Source of the DNA: Blasia pusilla
Taxonomy: Eukaryota
Assembly (NCBI GenBank): GCA_050084515.1
Contig: CM114271.1
Location: 33,852,001 to 33,916,000, forward strand
DNA length: 64,000 nucleotides
Reading direction: 5' to 3'
The translations under genes and the position numbers were made by a program. Below, in pieces: positions 52,024 through 63,130 of this stretch. The first letter of the stretch is position 1. The number at the start of each line of letters is the position of its first letter. The notes beneath the pieces are model-generated. The model was not told the origin of the DNA and ran no database searches. It saw only the letters and a list, made by a program, of their open reading frames with translations.

Positions 52024-55000
52024 TGTCACGTATTTTAGGATAGATCAGTGAGATCTAGTAGAGCGCCTTCGTGAGTAGTTGACGACATGCTCAATAGGTT
52101 GAGGATGACCTATTGAGGCCCCGGGAAACCTGAGAGACGAGGTTTCCCTTTCGTTTCGGCTCATTTGGAGCCATATTGAAGAACTTACTATTTTAGGTAA
52201 GTATCATTTTGAGTATATGGTCGACTTCATATTTTTGGTAATGGCCCTTGAACTCCTACATCAGGTCAAGAGCCAAGGAGGTGACTTGGGAGAATAGATT
52301 ACCATGGAGAGAGCTTGGGAGAGGGGAAGGGTATACCTCAAGGAGAGAGAGCTTGAGAGCTCCTTCTCTCTTTGTTGAACCTCTTGGCATGAGGCGGCGG
52401 AACTATGGTCTTGCTTGCCTTGTGTGTGTAACCCAAGCCTCTCATTAGGAGAGTGGGTTTGGTTTGACATTGAGAGAGACATGTGAGAGTGCACACATGT
52501 GAGAACTATGGTGTTGTGAGAGAATGAGAGAATGACAAAGTGAGAGAGCTTCATGGGGAAGTTCGCTGGCACTCGCTATTTTTGCAAGTTGGGGATCGTG
52601 TTCCCCGTTCAGCGGCTCATGGGAGTGCTCACTAGAGCAAGGGCTGATTTGATTGTTCTTTGTATTTGCCGATTTTCCGTGTGGAAGAGTGGCGCGCGGA
52701 AGCATTGCCCAATTTCTGATAGGGATTGATTATGGGGGCTCGTTGCCCCATGCCGGTGCTTTCGAGAGCACCATGCAGCTTGCTGATTTGTATTTTTATA
52801 GGTTTTACATTTTGGTTGGGAGAAATCGGCGCAGAAGTGCTGCCGAATTTTTTGTAGGAGAAAGAGACATTGGGCTTTACGACAGTACCCATAAATTTTT
52901 ACTCAAATGTCCAATTCAAATAGTTTTTGACATTGTTGTAGATGGTGAAGCTGTGCAACAAATGGTGCGCAATTTGGAGTTGTGAGTAAGAAGTTATGGT
53001 CAATCTTGAAAAAATGCCATTGCTAGGAAATTTTTTGGGTTAAATTGTTCAAATCCTAAACCAGCCGTCGCCTTCATAGTCACCGGTCACCGGTCAACTC
53101 TCTTTCTCTCACCGTCAACGTTTCACCGTCCACCGGCCACCGTCGGCCGTTGCTGTTGCCCAGCGTTGCTTAGAGCCACATTCGGCCGTTGTCCACCCTT
53201 TGGTTGCCATTGCGCCATTACGAAGTGGAGGGTCTTCCATGACGTTCTTTGATTCTCTGACTTGCGTCGGCACCACGTACTTTATTTTGGCCGCCACCAT
53301 CATCGAAGTTTCATCGTAAACCAGTGACGCCAGATGAACTCTCGTTATGATGTTTGAGTTTTGATTTCATGCTGCTATGTTGTGATTGATAGCCACTCGA
53401 CAACGATCGAGTACCATGCCCTGATACTCGTAGCCCCAACCCGCCGCCGATTGCCGCGCCGTGCCGCTCGTGGGCGCACCGCACCGTCTCGATTGCAGAG
53501 TCGCACTGTCATTGTGGAGCAGAGTGTGGGCTTATTGTTGATTGAGGAGGGTATGCCGCCGAGTGCCGCATCCCACCATCGAGGGTCGTGTTGTTCGTAG
53601 CCGTTCCGTGCCGCGTGCAACGCCGCACCGTTCCGCTGGAACCGCACTGTCTATCGAGGAGTTTTGAGCAGCGTCATTCCGGGAGGAGTATGACTTGCTG
53701 ATTGGAGGATTGTCTCCACGACCGAGGTTGGGGTTGAGATTTTTAGTTGGATAGGAGCGACATCGACATGTGATCAGGTTACCCATTCTGGTCCTTTACT
53801 CTGCACGCGTGAGGGATTCTGGGATTTGGGTAGTTTATTTGGGGATATTGGGTTGTGTGGATGCGGAGAGCATCATTTAAGTATGTGGTTTAGGGGACAT
53901 AGACCTGTGTGGGATGTCCGGAGTTGAGGGTAGGTTGTCGATGAGATGATAGTCTGGTCAATTTGCTGCACCACGCCGCTTATTGCTGCACGTTATACGT
54001 CTCGGGGAGGGAGAGTGTAGATCGACTCCCGTATGTTTGGGATGAATGATTGAGGGATTACTCACAAGGTTGAGAGTGATCGTGTGAGAGGGGCACGAGG
54101 GTCATCACCGCGTCCTTTCATAATTTTGAGAGGCGAGGTAGTGGACCTTAGAGTAGCTCTGGAGGGTTTACCCGGAGTGGTGCGAGGTTTCGAGGGTCTC
54201 TACGTGAGAGATCACCTCGATCTCCTTCTGTGTCATCTTCAGACGAGGGGGAGTGTGTAGAGGAGTTTATGAGCACATCGCCACACATTATGAGTGGTCC
54301 TACTAGTTGGGCGTTGTCATATAGTAAAATCAGCTAGTGTGTAAACTCCTTCCTCGTTAAGTGTTAGATAGAGTTTTATTAGTATTAAGTAAATTAGCTT
54401 AGGAAAAGGAAATCCCCATGTTTAAACCTCTTCATGGTGCCTCTTTTATATGGGCCCAACTTTAGAAAAGAGCTAATAAATAAAAGATGACTTTATAAAA
54501 GTAAAGTAGTGAGGTTGGTGCTTTAATGAAAACCAAAAGTAAGCTTGGTTGGTGGCTAGGTTAGTTGGGGTAATTTGGAAAATATCAAGTAGGTAAAAGA
54601 GGATATTTTGGAAGAGATAAGAGGAAATCTACTTGTGTCAAAATGTGATTGGCTAAGCCTTGAGAGGAAGTCATGTGGCACAAGATAAGATTAACTCTAT
54701 TTCGTACTCTTGTAGGTCTCTTGTGAGTATATAAAGAGGAGGGATCTTCAAGGTCCATCACCTTCTATTCCACATCTTGAGTCTTCCGTGTCACTCTTGA
54801 GTGTATGACTTTGGGATTGCTTGCTCTTCCAATGAGAGTGGATCACCCCTCTTGGGAGAGTAACTTGACCATGGTCTGTTCTTCGAGAGGTTTCTAGAGT
54901 GTGGTGTGTGTGTGGAGATGAGAGGTTTGTCACCTTAGAGGAGTTTAGTCATACTAAAATAGTGAATATTTTGGCTTGTTACTTCCCCAATGAGAGTGGA

Positions 55001-55599
55001 TTACCCCTCTTGGGAGAATAACTCCGCCAAAACCCATTCTTAAGGAGAGTAGAGAATGTGTGTCAAGCATGGATAGGGGTGGAACACGAGTTGTGCCCGA
55101 CTTTCCTTTCCTTAATCCATACCATGTCAAGATACTCTTTGTAGATAGGCACTGGTTCACTCGCTATTTAGTTTATCATTTTGGGGAGGCGTTCATGAAC
55201 CACGTCATTCAATCTCCAACTCCGATGATCCTTCCTATTGTCACATATGGAAGGATATGGGATTGTACTTTATATGTCCTTTTATAGCAATCCATGGACG
55301 TTAATAGGCCTGCTCAAGTAGGGTTTAATACTAACTGTGCTATCTTCCTCTTATACAAGCGTAAAATAGTCTATAGGGATTTTATAGTTAGGAATTTTGG
55401 GTTCCGATGTTACGAAAAAATGATCGCCTCGGCACTTCCATTTGTGATACCTGTTGTGAGAGAATGGAGAGTATACATAATAATTTTATATTGAAAAAGG
55501 AGATCTTCTCAGAGAATTCATCTTGCATCGACCGCGTCTGCCGCAGCTAGAAGGCCTGCCCTTACTCGAAGAAAGGCTCTCAACATGATAGCGTAAGAG

Positions 55600-56690
55600 A
55601 TGGACGACCGGGATAGAGGACCGCGTAGGTTTTCAGGTGCAGTAGGCACGATTGAGTTGCACGATTTCATAGCAGAGTTTAGGAGTTGGTGCGACTCCCA
55701 GCGGGCCAGGAACTCTAGAGAGTTCAACCCATTTACAACATGGAATGATATGTTCCAACATTTAGAGAGGGCGCCCATGGACTATTACCATGAGTTCTCT
55801 CAGAGATATGCACGTGAGATCGAGGCATGGAGGCTCTACTATGACCCACATTATGTGTCATGGACGGAGCCGTTCCCAGATGAGGAGGAGGAGTCAGGAG
55901 AGGCTACTTCCTCTTCCACTAGTGACGTTTTAGGAGGGGTCACTCACACGGGAGTAGTTGCACCGTCTAGTCAGGTTCGTCCAAGGTTCAACCTTGTGGT
56001 TGAGTTCTTTGCTGAGTTGAGGGCGAGCTACCAGGAGGTACAGACGGAGAAGTTGCGGAGCATCCACGATTTCTAGAGGCTCCCGGGTGAGAGTTTGCGT
56101 GAGGCTTACACTCGCTTGCGCCGGTTGATCAACGTCACTCAGGGGTGACAGAGGCTCAGGCTATCCAGTCATGGTACGCGATGCTGGACCGGACCCTGCG
56201 GACACGGGTGCGGGAAGGGGTGCTTCTTATGAACACCTCCCCTACATTGAGAGATGTTTTTAGGACCACCGAGAACATTGAGCGCAACATGGCGGAGGAG
56301 AGCGTAGCCACCATGGGTTCTGGGCGAGAGCAGTCACGATTGCGTGTAGTATCTGTACAGCAACGTGGACTCCGAGATAGGTCGACTGTGGCACCACGAG
56401 CTCAGGGAGAATACCAAGGGGGCGTGCCACAGAGACATGCGCTTTCATATGGGGCTCAACAAGAGCCGCCTACTATTACTTGTTGGTCATGTGATGGAGC
56501 CCATCATCAGCGCGATTGCACTCATCAAGGTTATGGACGTGTGCCTCAGCATGGAGGAGGAGATGGTGCTGCGCCAAGAGGTTATCAGTGTGACTATTTT
56601 CAGAGGTATGGTCATACACACGCGAGGTGTTTCAATTTACATCCTGAGTGACGTCCGGATCGAGGGCCACAAAGGGCACCAGAGCGAGTA
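55600..56690 (+). pseudogene. gag of the DNMT-carrying element, with two zinc knuckles
   Basis: PRRFSG...F*RLPGESLREAYTRLRRL (major homology region-like); CWSCDGAHHQRDC and CDYFQRYGHTHARC; stops and frameshifts present. Confidence 0.8.
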
Positions 56691-57545
56691 GCCGATCCGG
56701 ATGGGCCTAGAGATCGTGCACCAGGTGGTCCCGTTGGGGGACGAGGAGCTAGAGTTGCTCGACAGGGTGGTGGAGCTTCCCATGGAGGAGGTAGAGTACC
56801 ACCACCTAGATGTGCCGAGGGCCACGCCGGACGTGAGGCTGGGATGGTTGTTCAGATACAGCAGCTACAAGAGCATATTGCCGCTATGGCATTGAGGTTA
56901 CCCGATGTCGGATCTGTGGCATCGACATCATATGGAGCAACCAGAGATCTGGAGGATCCTTCTTGGATCTGTGGGGTTGCCATGATGGAGGCCGCCGCAG
57001 TTGTGACGCGTGGAGCAGCCGCAGAGTTGGATCCACAGCGAGGGAAAGCCAGGAAACAGACTAGGCTTCCTCAGTCTTTCACGTTGTCCGAGGCGATGAG
57101 GATCCCATCGATGGGTCCTGATCTGAGTTCCTGGAGAGTTTGGTGATATTTTTGGTATGCAGGCACGGAGGGCGATGGGAGAAGCAAGTACGAAGACTCC
57201 TATTGTTGATGCTAAGGAGAGGCATGTGTCGAGCACGTTGTTGTGTACCGCACTCCTTTATGTTCTGCTTTAGATGTTATGATGTTGGGGGGTATGCCGG
57301 CCGAGGCTTTTTGGCTGGCCGCTTCACTATGTGAGCGCGGAGTTGGAGTTCCTGCATCACGTTCAGAGGTGATTCCAAAGGAGGTGATGGACTTGCCCTT
57401 GGGGCGGATGCTCGGGCCGTCCACGTTAGTGTCATGGCAGGTTGCCACTTCTAGGATGGCGGAGATGCCCGCTAGACACGCGATAGAGCGTGCCATGGCT
57501 TCTCCTGGTGTTGTGTTTCTGGATAATTGAGGAGAGGTCTTATAC

Positions 57546-57900
57546 TTGGTGAGTCCCGCAAGTAGAGCTTTTAGTCCGCAGCGCGTCTTGTTGGATTCAA
57601 GAGCGCAACTCCTGATGTTGGGAAAAGCGTCATTCAGAGGATTGGGCTTGACGAGAGCCGATGTGGAGCGTTGTCCATTCCGGATACAGACATCCTTGGG
57701 TAGAGCGAGTACCACACAGTATATCACCAGGAGGTCGTGGTGAGGATTCGCCCAGGACATCCTACAGATGAGTCCGTGGTGCAAGCGAAGGCGATAGTGA
57801 CTGATGCAGAGTCCTACGACATCTTGGTTGGTGGAGCAGTGTTATACCCGATGGGGTTTTCCCTGAATTACTGGGAGGATTGAGCCACCTACAGACCAGG
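57546..57900 (+). pseudogene. Retroviral-type aspartic protease remnant
   Basis: RVLLDSRAQ (degenerate LLDSGA) and downstream YDILVG. Confidence 0.7.
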
Positions 57901-58289
57901 ATGGCACTCATGTGATGGGCGCCTTAGCTCATTACCAGTTCGATTCACAGGTGTAGTGATCGAGCAACGGCCATGAGAGATGGCGACCTAAGCAGCATTC
58001 AGCAGTGCCATTACTTGGCCTAGTGATTTGATTGAGGGACATGTCTATGCAGAGGATATTCCATTTCTATGGAGAGGAGTGTTATGGTAGCCGCATCATT
58101 CCGTGGAGGAGAGGTGCCATTGTGGGGCTCGACTGAGGAGCTTTGACGATTGGCAGATGAGCATGTGCAGACCGCATGGAGCGAGGCGTTTGCACCGAAG
58201 CTTGACGGGTCTGAGGAACCCAAGGTAGCATGGAGTGTTACGATGACACCCTTGGATACCACACCCATTGTGTGGTGTATCCCGGAGGA

Positions 58290-58868
58290 GGGTATTCAAG
58301 TGTTCGATCTCTTTGGAGGGATTAGCACCAGGTTAGCTGTTGTTTTGCAGGTAGGAGTGCGAGTGCAGCATGCAGTAGTACATGTATGTGGAGAGTGATG
58401 ATGTTGCGAGGCGCATCTCACTACGATATGTGGCGCAGTTACGCCTACGTTTTCCCGACTTATTGTTTGCGTCCGCGATACAGGGGTACCAGAGTTCCCT
58501 ACCGAGGGATATTTTGTTGCTGGGGGCGCAAGATTTAGACCGATTAGGCACCATTGATTTGGTCATTGCCGGTTGGCCATGTCAAGGCCAATCGTATGTT
58601 GGACGAGGCAGCGAGCTGGCTGACACTCGGTCCAGGTTATTTTGGGAGATGTTGAGGGTCTTACGGTAGTTGTAGGAGCACCAGTCTCATTCTCCAGCCT
58701 ATATTCTGGAGAATGTGCTGATCTTAGGAGACTCTAGGTTACGGGTGGTGATGAGTGCTCATCAGGTGCGTGCCTGGATCGGACCAGCAGTGTTCTTAGA
58801 TGCAGCAAGTGTAGGTTCTAGAGCCCATCGCCCGCGTCTATGGTGGACCAACTTAGTGCCCCATGCGG
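58290..58868 (+). pseudogene. C5 DNA cytosine methyltransferase domain (DNMT3-like), C-terminally truncated
   Basis: Motif I VFDLFGGIS (~58300-58326); motif II YVE; motif IV DLVIAGWPCQG (GWPCQG at 58571-58588); RSRLFWE; motif VI YILENV (ENV at 58709-58717); motif VIII AHRPRLWWTNL (RPRLWWTN at 58829-58852). One frameshift near 58370 and TAG stops at 58667 and 58673. Confidence 0.9.
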
Positions 58869-59505
58869 TATGAGGGTGAGTGCTTGGCTGCAGTGTGGGT
58901 TGTCGCGTATTTCAGGTGTTACTTATTCGGAAACCCCTTTATCATCATCACTGATCATCAACCACTGAAGTGGTTGATGTAGTCCGACAAGCTTACAGGG
59001 AAGCTTGCAAGATGGGCTCTGTTGTTGCAAGAGTATGATTTTCAGGTGGTACATAGACGTGGGATGCTCAACCAGGATGCAGATGGATTGAGTCGTAACC
59101 CATGCCCGAGTCAGCGAGATGCAACTGGAGCTCTGTGGCATGGAGAGAGTGATGAGGAGTCAGTGCCAGGATGGCACACGTCAGCCTATTTAGGCATGTT
59201 GGCTATGGAGAGCCGGAGTGTGGAGACTTCGATGGCAAGGTCTAGTGGAAAGTCCTTGGATCCCGAGGCCAGTGAGGAGACCACATGTGGCTGAGATATT
59301 CATGATGATGGAGTAGTCTTGGAGTACCTTCGTACTGGTAGCGTTGCAAGCATCGTGGGTGCTAGAGAGCAGGATCGGATCCTACATCGGGCCAGACGGT
59401 TCCGTTGGGAGGGGACACGTGTTTTGAGGGTTTAGGAGGATGGTAGAGTACGCGTAGTGCCACATCCTTTGCATAGAGCACGACTAGTGCAGCATGCCCA
59501 TGAGG
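58869..59505 (+). pseudogene. Ty3/gypsy RNase H C-terminal part and start of integrase zinc-binding domain
   Basis: YEGECLAAVW...ITDHQPLKWL...[34 protein letters not shown], then RVVPHP...LVQHAHE. Confidence 0.88.
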
Positions 59506-60850
59506 TGTCGTGCACCTACTCTCCTTGAACGTTAATCTTGTTTGTTGCGGAAGCGTGCGTTCAGTAGGTCACGCTCTCAACGCTGATCTGCATCCAAACA
59601 CGCACTTCGGTTAGTCGGGTCTTGGATCAATCAGCGGGAGTACTTTCCGAGTTCTCGTCTCGGACTCTCTCTTCAAGCTCAACCTTCCTAGTTTCGCGGT
59701 TTCCAACACGGGCAAGTCTCGAAAGACTTGGGGAGACTTTACAGTCGGTTCGGGAACTGAAACGGCGTTTCGCGCCTAGCGGTTCCAACTGTCCGATGAA
59801 CATCCAATGAGTTCCTCACCAAGACTCACACGAAGTGAATCTCGGGTTGGAATCCAAGTGTGGCGTACAAAGTCCACTCCCTTGGATCAGGTTTGGGTTT
59901 CGGGTTTCCGCGCCAAACTCCCGTTTCATCACGTGCCTCTGAAACGCCGTTTGGCGCCCAAAGTGGGGTTTCGTTTCCCGAGACATCTCAGAGAAGGTAC
60001 TCCCCTTACTAGTACTTCTGGGGATCTCGGGGCCCCTACATTTAGGGGAAAGACACCGGGCCCCTCCAATTGGCCCTCAACCCGATTGCTCTCTGAATCG
60101 TTTTCGGCCAATATCTCAGCCTGTACTTATGCGTTTGCTGAGATCTTTAATGCGTTGGAAGCGTCTTGAGATCAGCTTTCCAACGCGCCCTTACTTGTCT
60201 CAAACGCATCTCAGAGCTCAACGTTATGGTCCTAAACACAGTCAGATTCTCCCAAACGCTAGTCATGTTCCGAACTGGTTCTCACCTCTTTGGCAACCAA
60301 CCTCCAAGACTCAACTCATCTCAAGTCTCGGCTCGCGTTTGGTTTAGGTTTCCTGGTCGCGACCATTAACGCATGAAACGCACAACTCTGTTCCGCATTT
60401 CGTCTCTTAGACTTTTCCAAGAGACTCTTCCAAACGCCTCTCCAAAGCGCAAACCTCGCGGCGTGAGTTCCTTTGAGTTCTGATGTTTCGCTTGGCGCGT
60501 ATTTGGTGTTGTTTGGTTATGAGGGTCGCGACACTCACCCCTCCTTAGAAGGTTGATGTCCTCATCAACGCAAACCTTATTGATGTTAAGTTCTGGGAAG
60601 CCGACCCCTTAACACAGAATCGCGTTCTGGTAGCTAACCCGCAATTCCTCTTTTTGGCTTTAGTCTTAGGTTTGTCGCTTATAAAGACTTAGACTTATTA
60701 GCTTGTGCTTTCTGATGAGCCTAGACTAGTTCTACCAAACTAATCTAACTATCAAAATAAGCTCACTAAGTCTGCAACCTAACACTTCACTCACTATTTG
60801 TAAACAACCGCCTGTCTACCTAGCCAACTCGTACCTAGCCAACCCCGTGT
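59506..60850 (-). mobile_element. Nested third gypsy-type fragment: 1028-bp LTR (59506-60533), PPT and 3' internal sequence
   Basis: On minus the PPT aaggagggggtgag is followed by TGTCGCG...CACGACA; it interrupts the integrase right after HAHE. Confidence 0.75.
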
Positions 60851-60854
60851 TCTC

Positions 60855-61118
60855 TTGTTGGAGGGACGCGATGGTATGGTATGGAAGGACCATGTGCGTA
60901 ATTGTGCGCCATGTCACCTTCCTAACATTGATGGTACAGTAGATCCAAGCTTAGCAGTAGTTCCTGCAGGCTTGCGTTGTATGTTGTGTGGTTTTGCTCG
61001 TGGTGCGGCCACGATGCTAGTCTGTGATGGATGTTCGAGAGGTTGGCATATGGCATGTCTGACGCCACCTCTCACTAGGGTTCCTCTGAGACAATGGATG
61101 TGTCCGAGATGTACATAG
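60855..61118 (+). pseudogene. Integrase C-terminal tail fused to a PHD finger
   Basis: LEGRDG..WKDHVRNCAPCHLP followed by CMLC...MLVCDGCSRGWHMACLTPPL..VP...WMCPRC (C4HC3), then a stop ~180 bp before the PPT. Confidence 0.88.
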
Positions 61119-61434
61119 AGGAGATACTAGGTAGATTTTGATTCTGACTTTTTTTGTGACATGGATGACATGAAGGCGACTAACGATGGGGCCACATGAG
61201 CACCCGGCCTTTCTGCTCTTAGAGTCCTAGAGATGTATGTCATGGTAGGTAGGGATAGATGGCTATCTGGAGTTAGAGGGACCTAACCACCAGCTTGGGG
61301 GGCAATTGGAGATATTTTAGTACTTCTTGTCTCGTTGTTTGGATGCCATGAGTTAGCATGGGATCGTGCGTGTTTGTGTGTGTGTTTGGTGACAGCGATG
61401 TATGTTGTGTAGCGATGTGTATGCGCACGACAAC

Positions 61435-62078
61435 TGTCACGTCTTTTAGGATAGATCGGTGAGATTTAGTAGAGCGCCTTCATGAGTAGTGGAGGACAGG
61501 CTCAGTAGGTCGAGGATGACCTGCTAAGGCCCCTGGAAACTAGAGAGACTAGGTTTCCCTTTCGTTTCGGCTCATTTGGAGCCATATTGAAGAACTTACT
61601 ATTTTAGATAATTACCATTTTGAGTATATGATCAACTTTCTATTTTTAATAAATGGCCCTTGACCTTCTACATCAGGTCAAAAGCCAAGGAGGTGACTTG
61701 GGAGAATAGGTTACCATGGAGAGAGCTTTGGGAAGGGGAGGGCTGTACCTCAAGGAGAGAGAGCTTGAGAGCTCATTCTCTCTTTGTTGAACCTCTTGGC
61801 ATAAGGCGGCGGAGCTATGGTCTTGCTTAGCTTGTGTGTGTAACCCAAGCCTCTCATTAGGAGAGTAGGTTTGGTTTGACATTGAGAGAGACATGTGAGA
61901 GTGCACACATGTGAGAACTATGTGTTGTGAGAGAGATTGGATCTTACTTTATTGGAGATATTTTAGTACTTCTTGTCTCATTGTTTGGAGGCCATGAGTT
62001 AGCATGGGATCGTGCGTGTTTGTGTGTGTGTTCGGAGACAGCGATGTATGTTGTGTAGCGATGTGTATGCGCACGACA
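61435..62078 (+). repeat. 3' LTR of the DNMT-carrying element (644 bp)
   Basis: TG...CA ends; the first ~500 bp match 52024-52520 at roughly 90% by eye. Confidence 0.8.
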
Positions 62079-63130
62079 TTGGCCACCTTCTCCTCCTGCT
62101 TCAACTTCTTTAGGTACTCGCTTGTTTGGGTGTCCTTCATGTATCCTTCACAAATACTTCTCTCCAGATCTGTTTCCTTACGGAAACATTGCTCTCAAGA
62201 CTTGTGTGGTCGATGGCATGTCCTCATCCCTACGATTCAACGCATCTAGAATGACATTATCCTTCCCTAGCTTGTGGATTAATTACACATTCATTAACAC
62301 CAAGTATCATGCCATCACAGTTGTTTCGGTGTCACTTGATCATGGGTCTCAAAATACTTGAGTGATACATTATCGGTGAATACTCGAGTCGTGTGAAGTC
62401 CCTAATAGTGACACCACTTGCTCAAGAAATGGACCACCGTGAACAACTCTTTCTCATGAGTGGGCCACCTCCGTTTAGTGTCACTAAGCTTCTTGCTCTC
62501 GTACGCTACAGGTCTCCCTTCCTGTACCAACATCCTTGCGATGGTGAAATCACTAGCATTAGTATGCACCTCAAAGCGGTTTTCAAACTGTGGCAGCTTT
62601 AGAACTGGCTCCTATGATAGGATCTTCTTGACTCGATTGAATGCCTCATTCACTTCTTGGGTTTAGGTTGTGTTAGCAAACTTGGCGGTCCAATCAATGA
62701 GTGGTCTCACTATTCCCAAAAAGTTCCTTACATAAGTTCAGTAAAATTGAAGTGCGCCAATGAACCTCCTCATTCCCTTCATTGTAGAAGGTGGCTTCCA
62801 CTTGGCGATCGCTTTCATCTTATCCATATTAGGACTAACTCCATGAGCGTTAACCACATGACCCAAGAACTTGATCTTGCGTAATCCCTACTCACTCTTT
62901 TCCATATTCCTATATAGCTTGTTTAGCCTTGGTTTCCACACCACCGCTCTCAAATGTCGAACGTGCTCCTCTTGTGACTTCGAATAGATAAGTTTGTCAT
63001 CAATGTAGATGATCACGTACTCATTTGTCTCCTCGTGAAAAATGGAGTTCATCAATGTGGGGAATGTTGGAGGCGCATTACATAGACCAAAAGGGCATCA
63101 CTAAAACTCAAACGAGCCATATCTCGTCCT
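62079..63130 (-). mobile_element. Host Ty3/gypsy: RT C-terminal part and RNase H, inverted
   Basis: Minus strand RTRYGSFEF..MPFGLCNAPPTF...IYIDD.LIYSKSQEEH..HL...KFLGHVV, continuing to EYLKKLKQEEKVA. Confidence 0.9.

Larger units (their letters stand above)
52024..62078 (+). mobile_element. Decayed Ty3/gypsy LTR retrotransposon encoding Gag-PR-DNA cytosine methyltransferase-[RT deleted]-RNase H-IN-PHD
   Basis: Begins TGTCACG and ends CACGACA, flanked by TTGG (52020-52023, 62079-62082). Removing it restores the host frame EEKVAN-ISLRHG. About 500 bp of terminal repeat is shared between 52024 and 61435; PPT-like gggggg at 61297-61302. Confidence 0.88.

Noticed and set aside
58290-58868. Methyltransferase as a bacterial restriction-modification gene or contaminant
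   Set aside because: It is collinear with gypsy gag, protease and RNase H inside a TSD-bounded element, and no restriction enzyme is nearby.
52024-62078. Classifying the element as DIRS/Ngaro because of the split repeats and methyltransferase
   Set aside because: It has a protease, gypsy-type RNase H, an integrase start, PPT, TG..CA ends and a TSD. No tyrosine recombinase is visible, and the MTase is C5-type rather than Dam-like.
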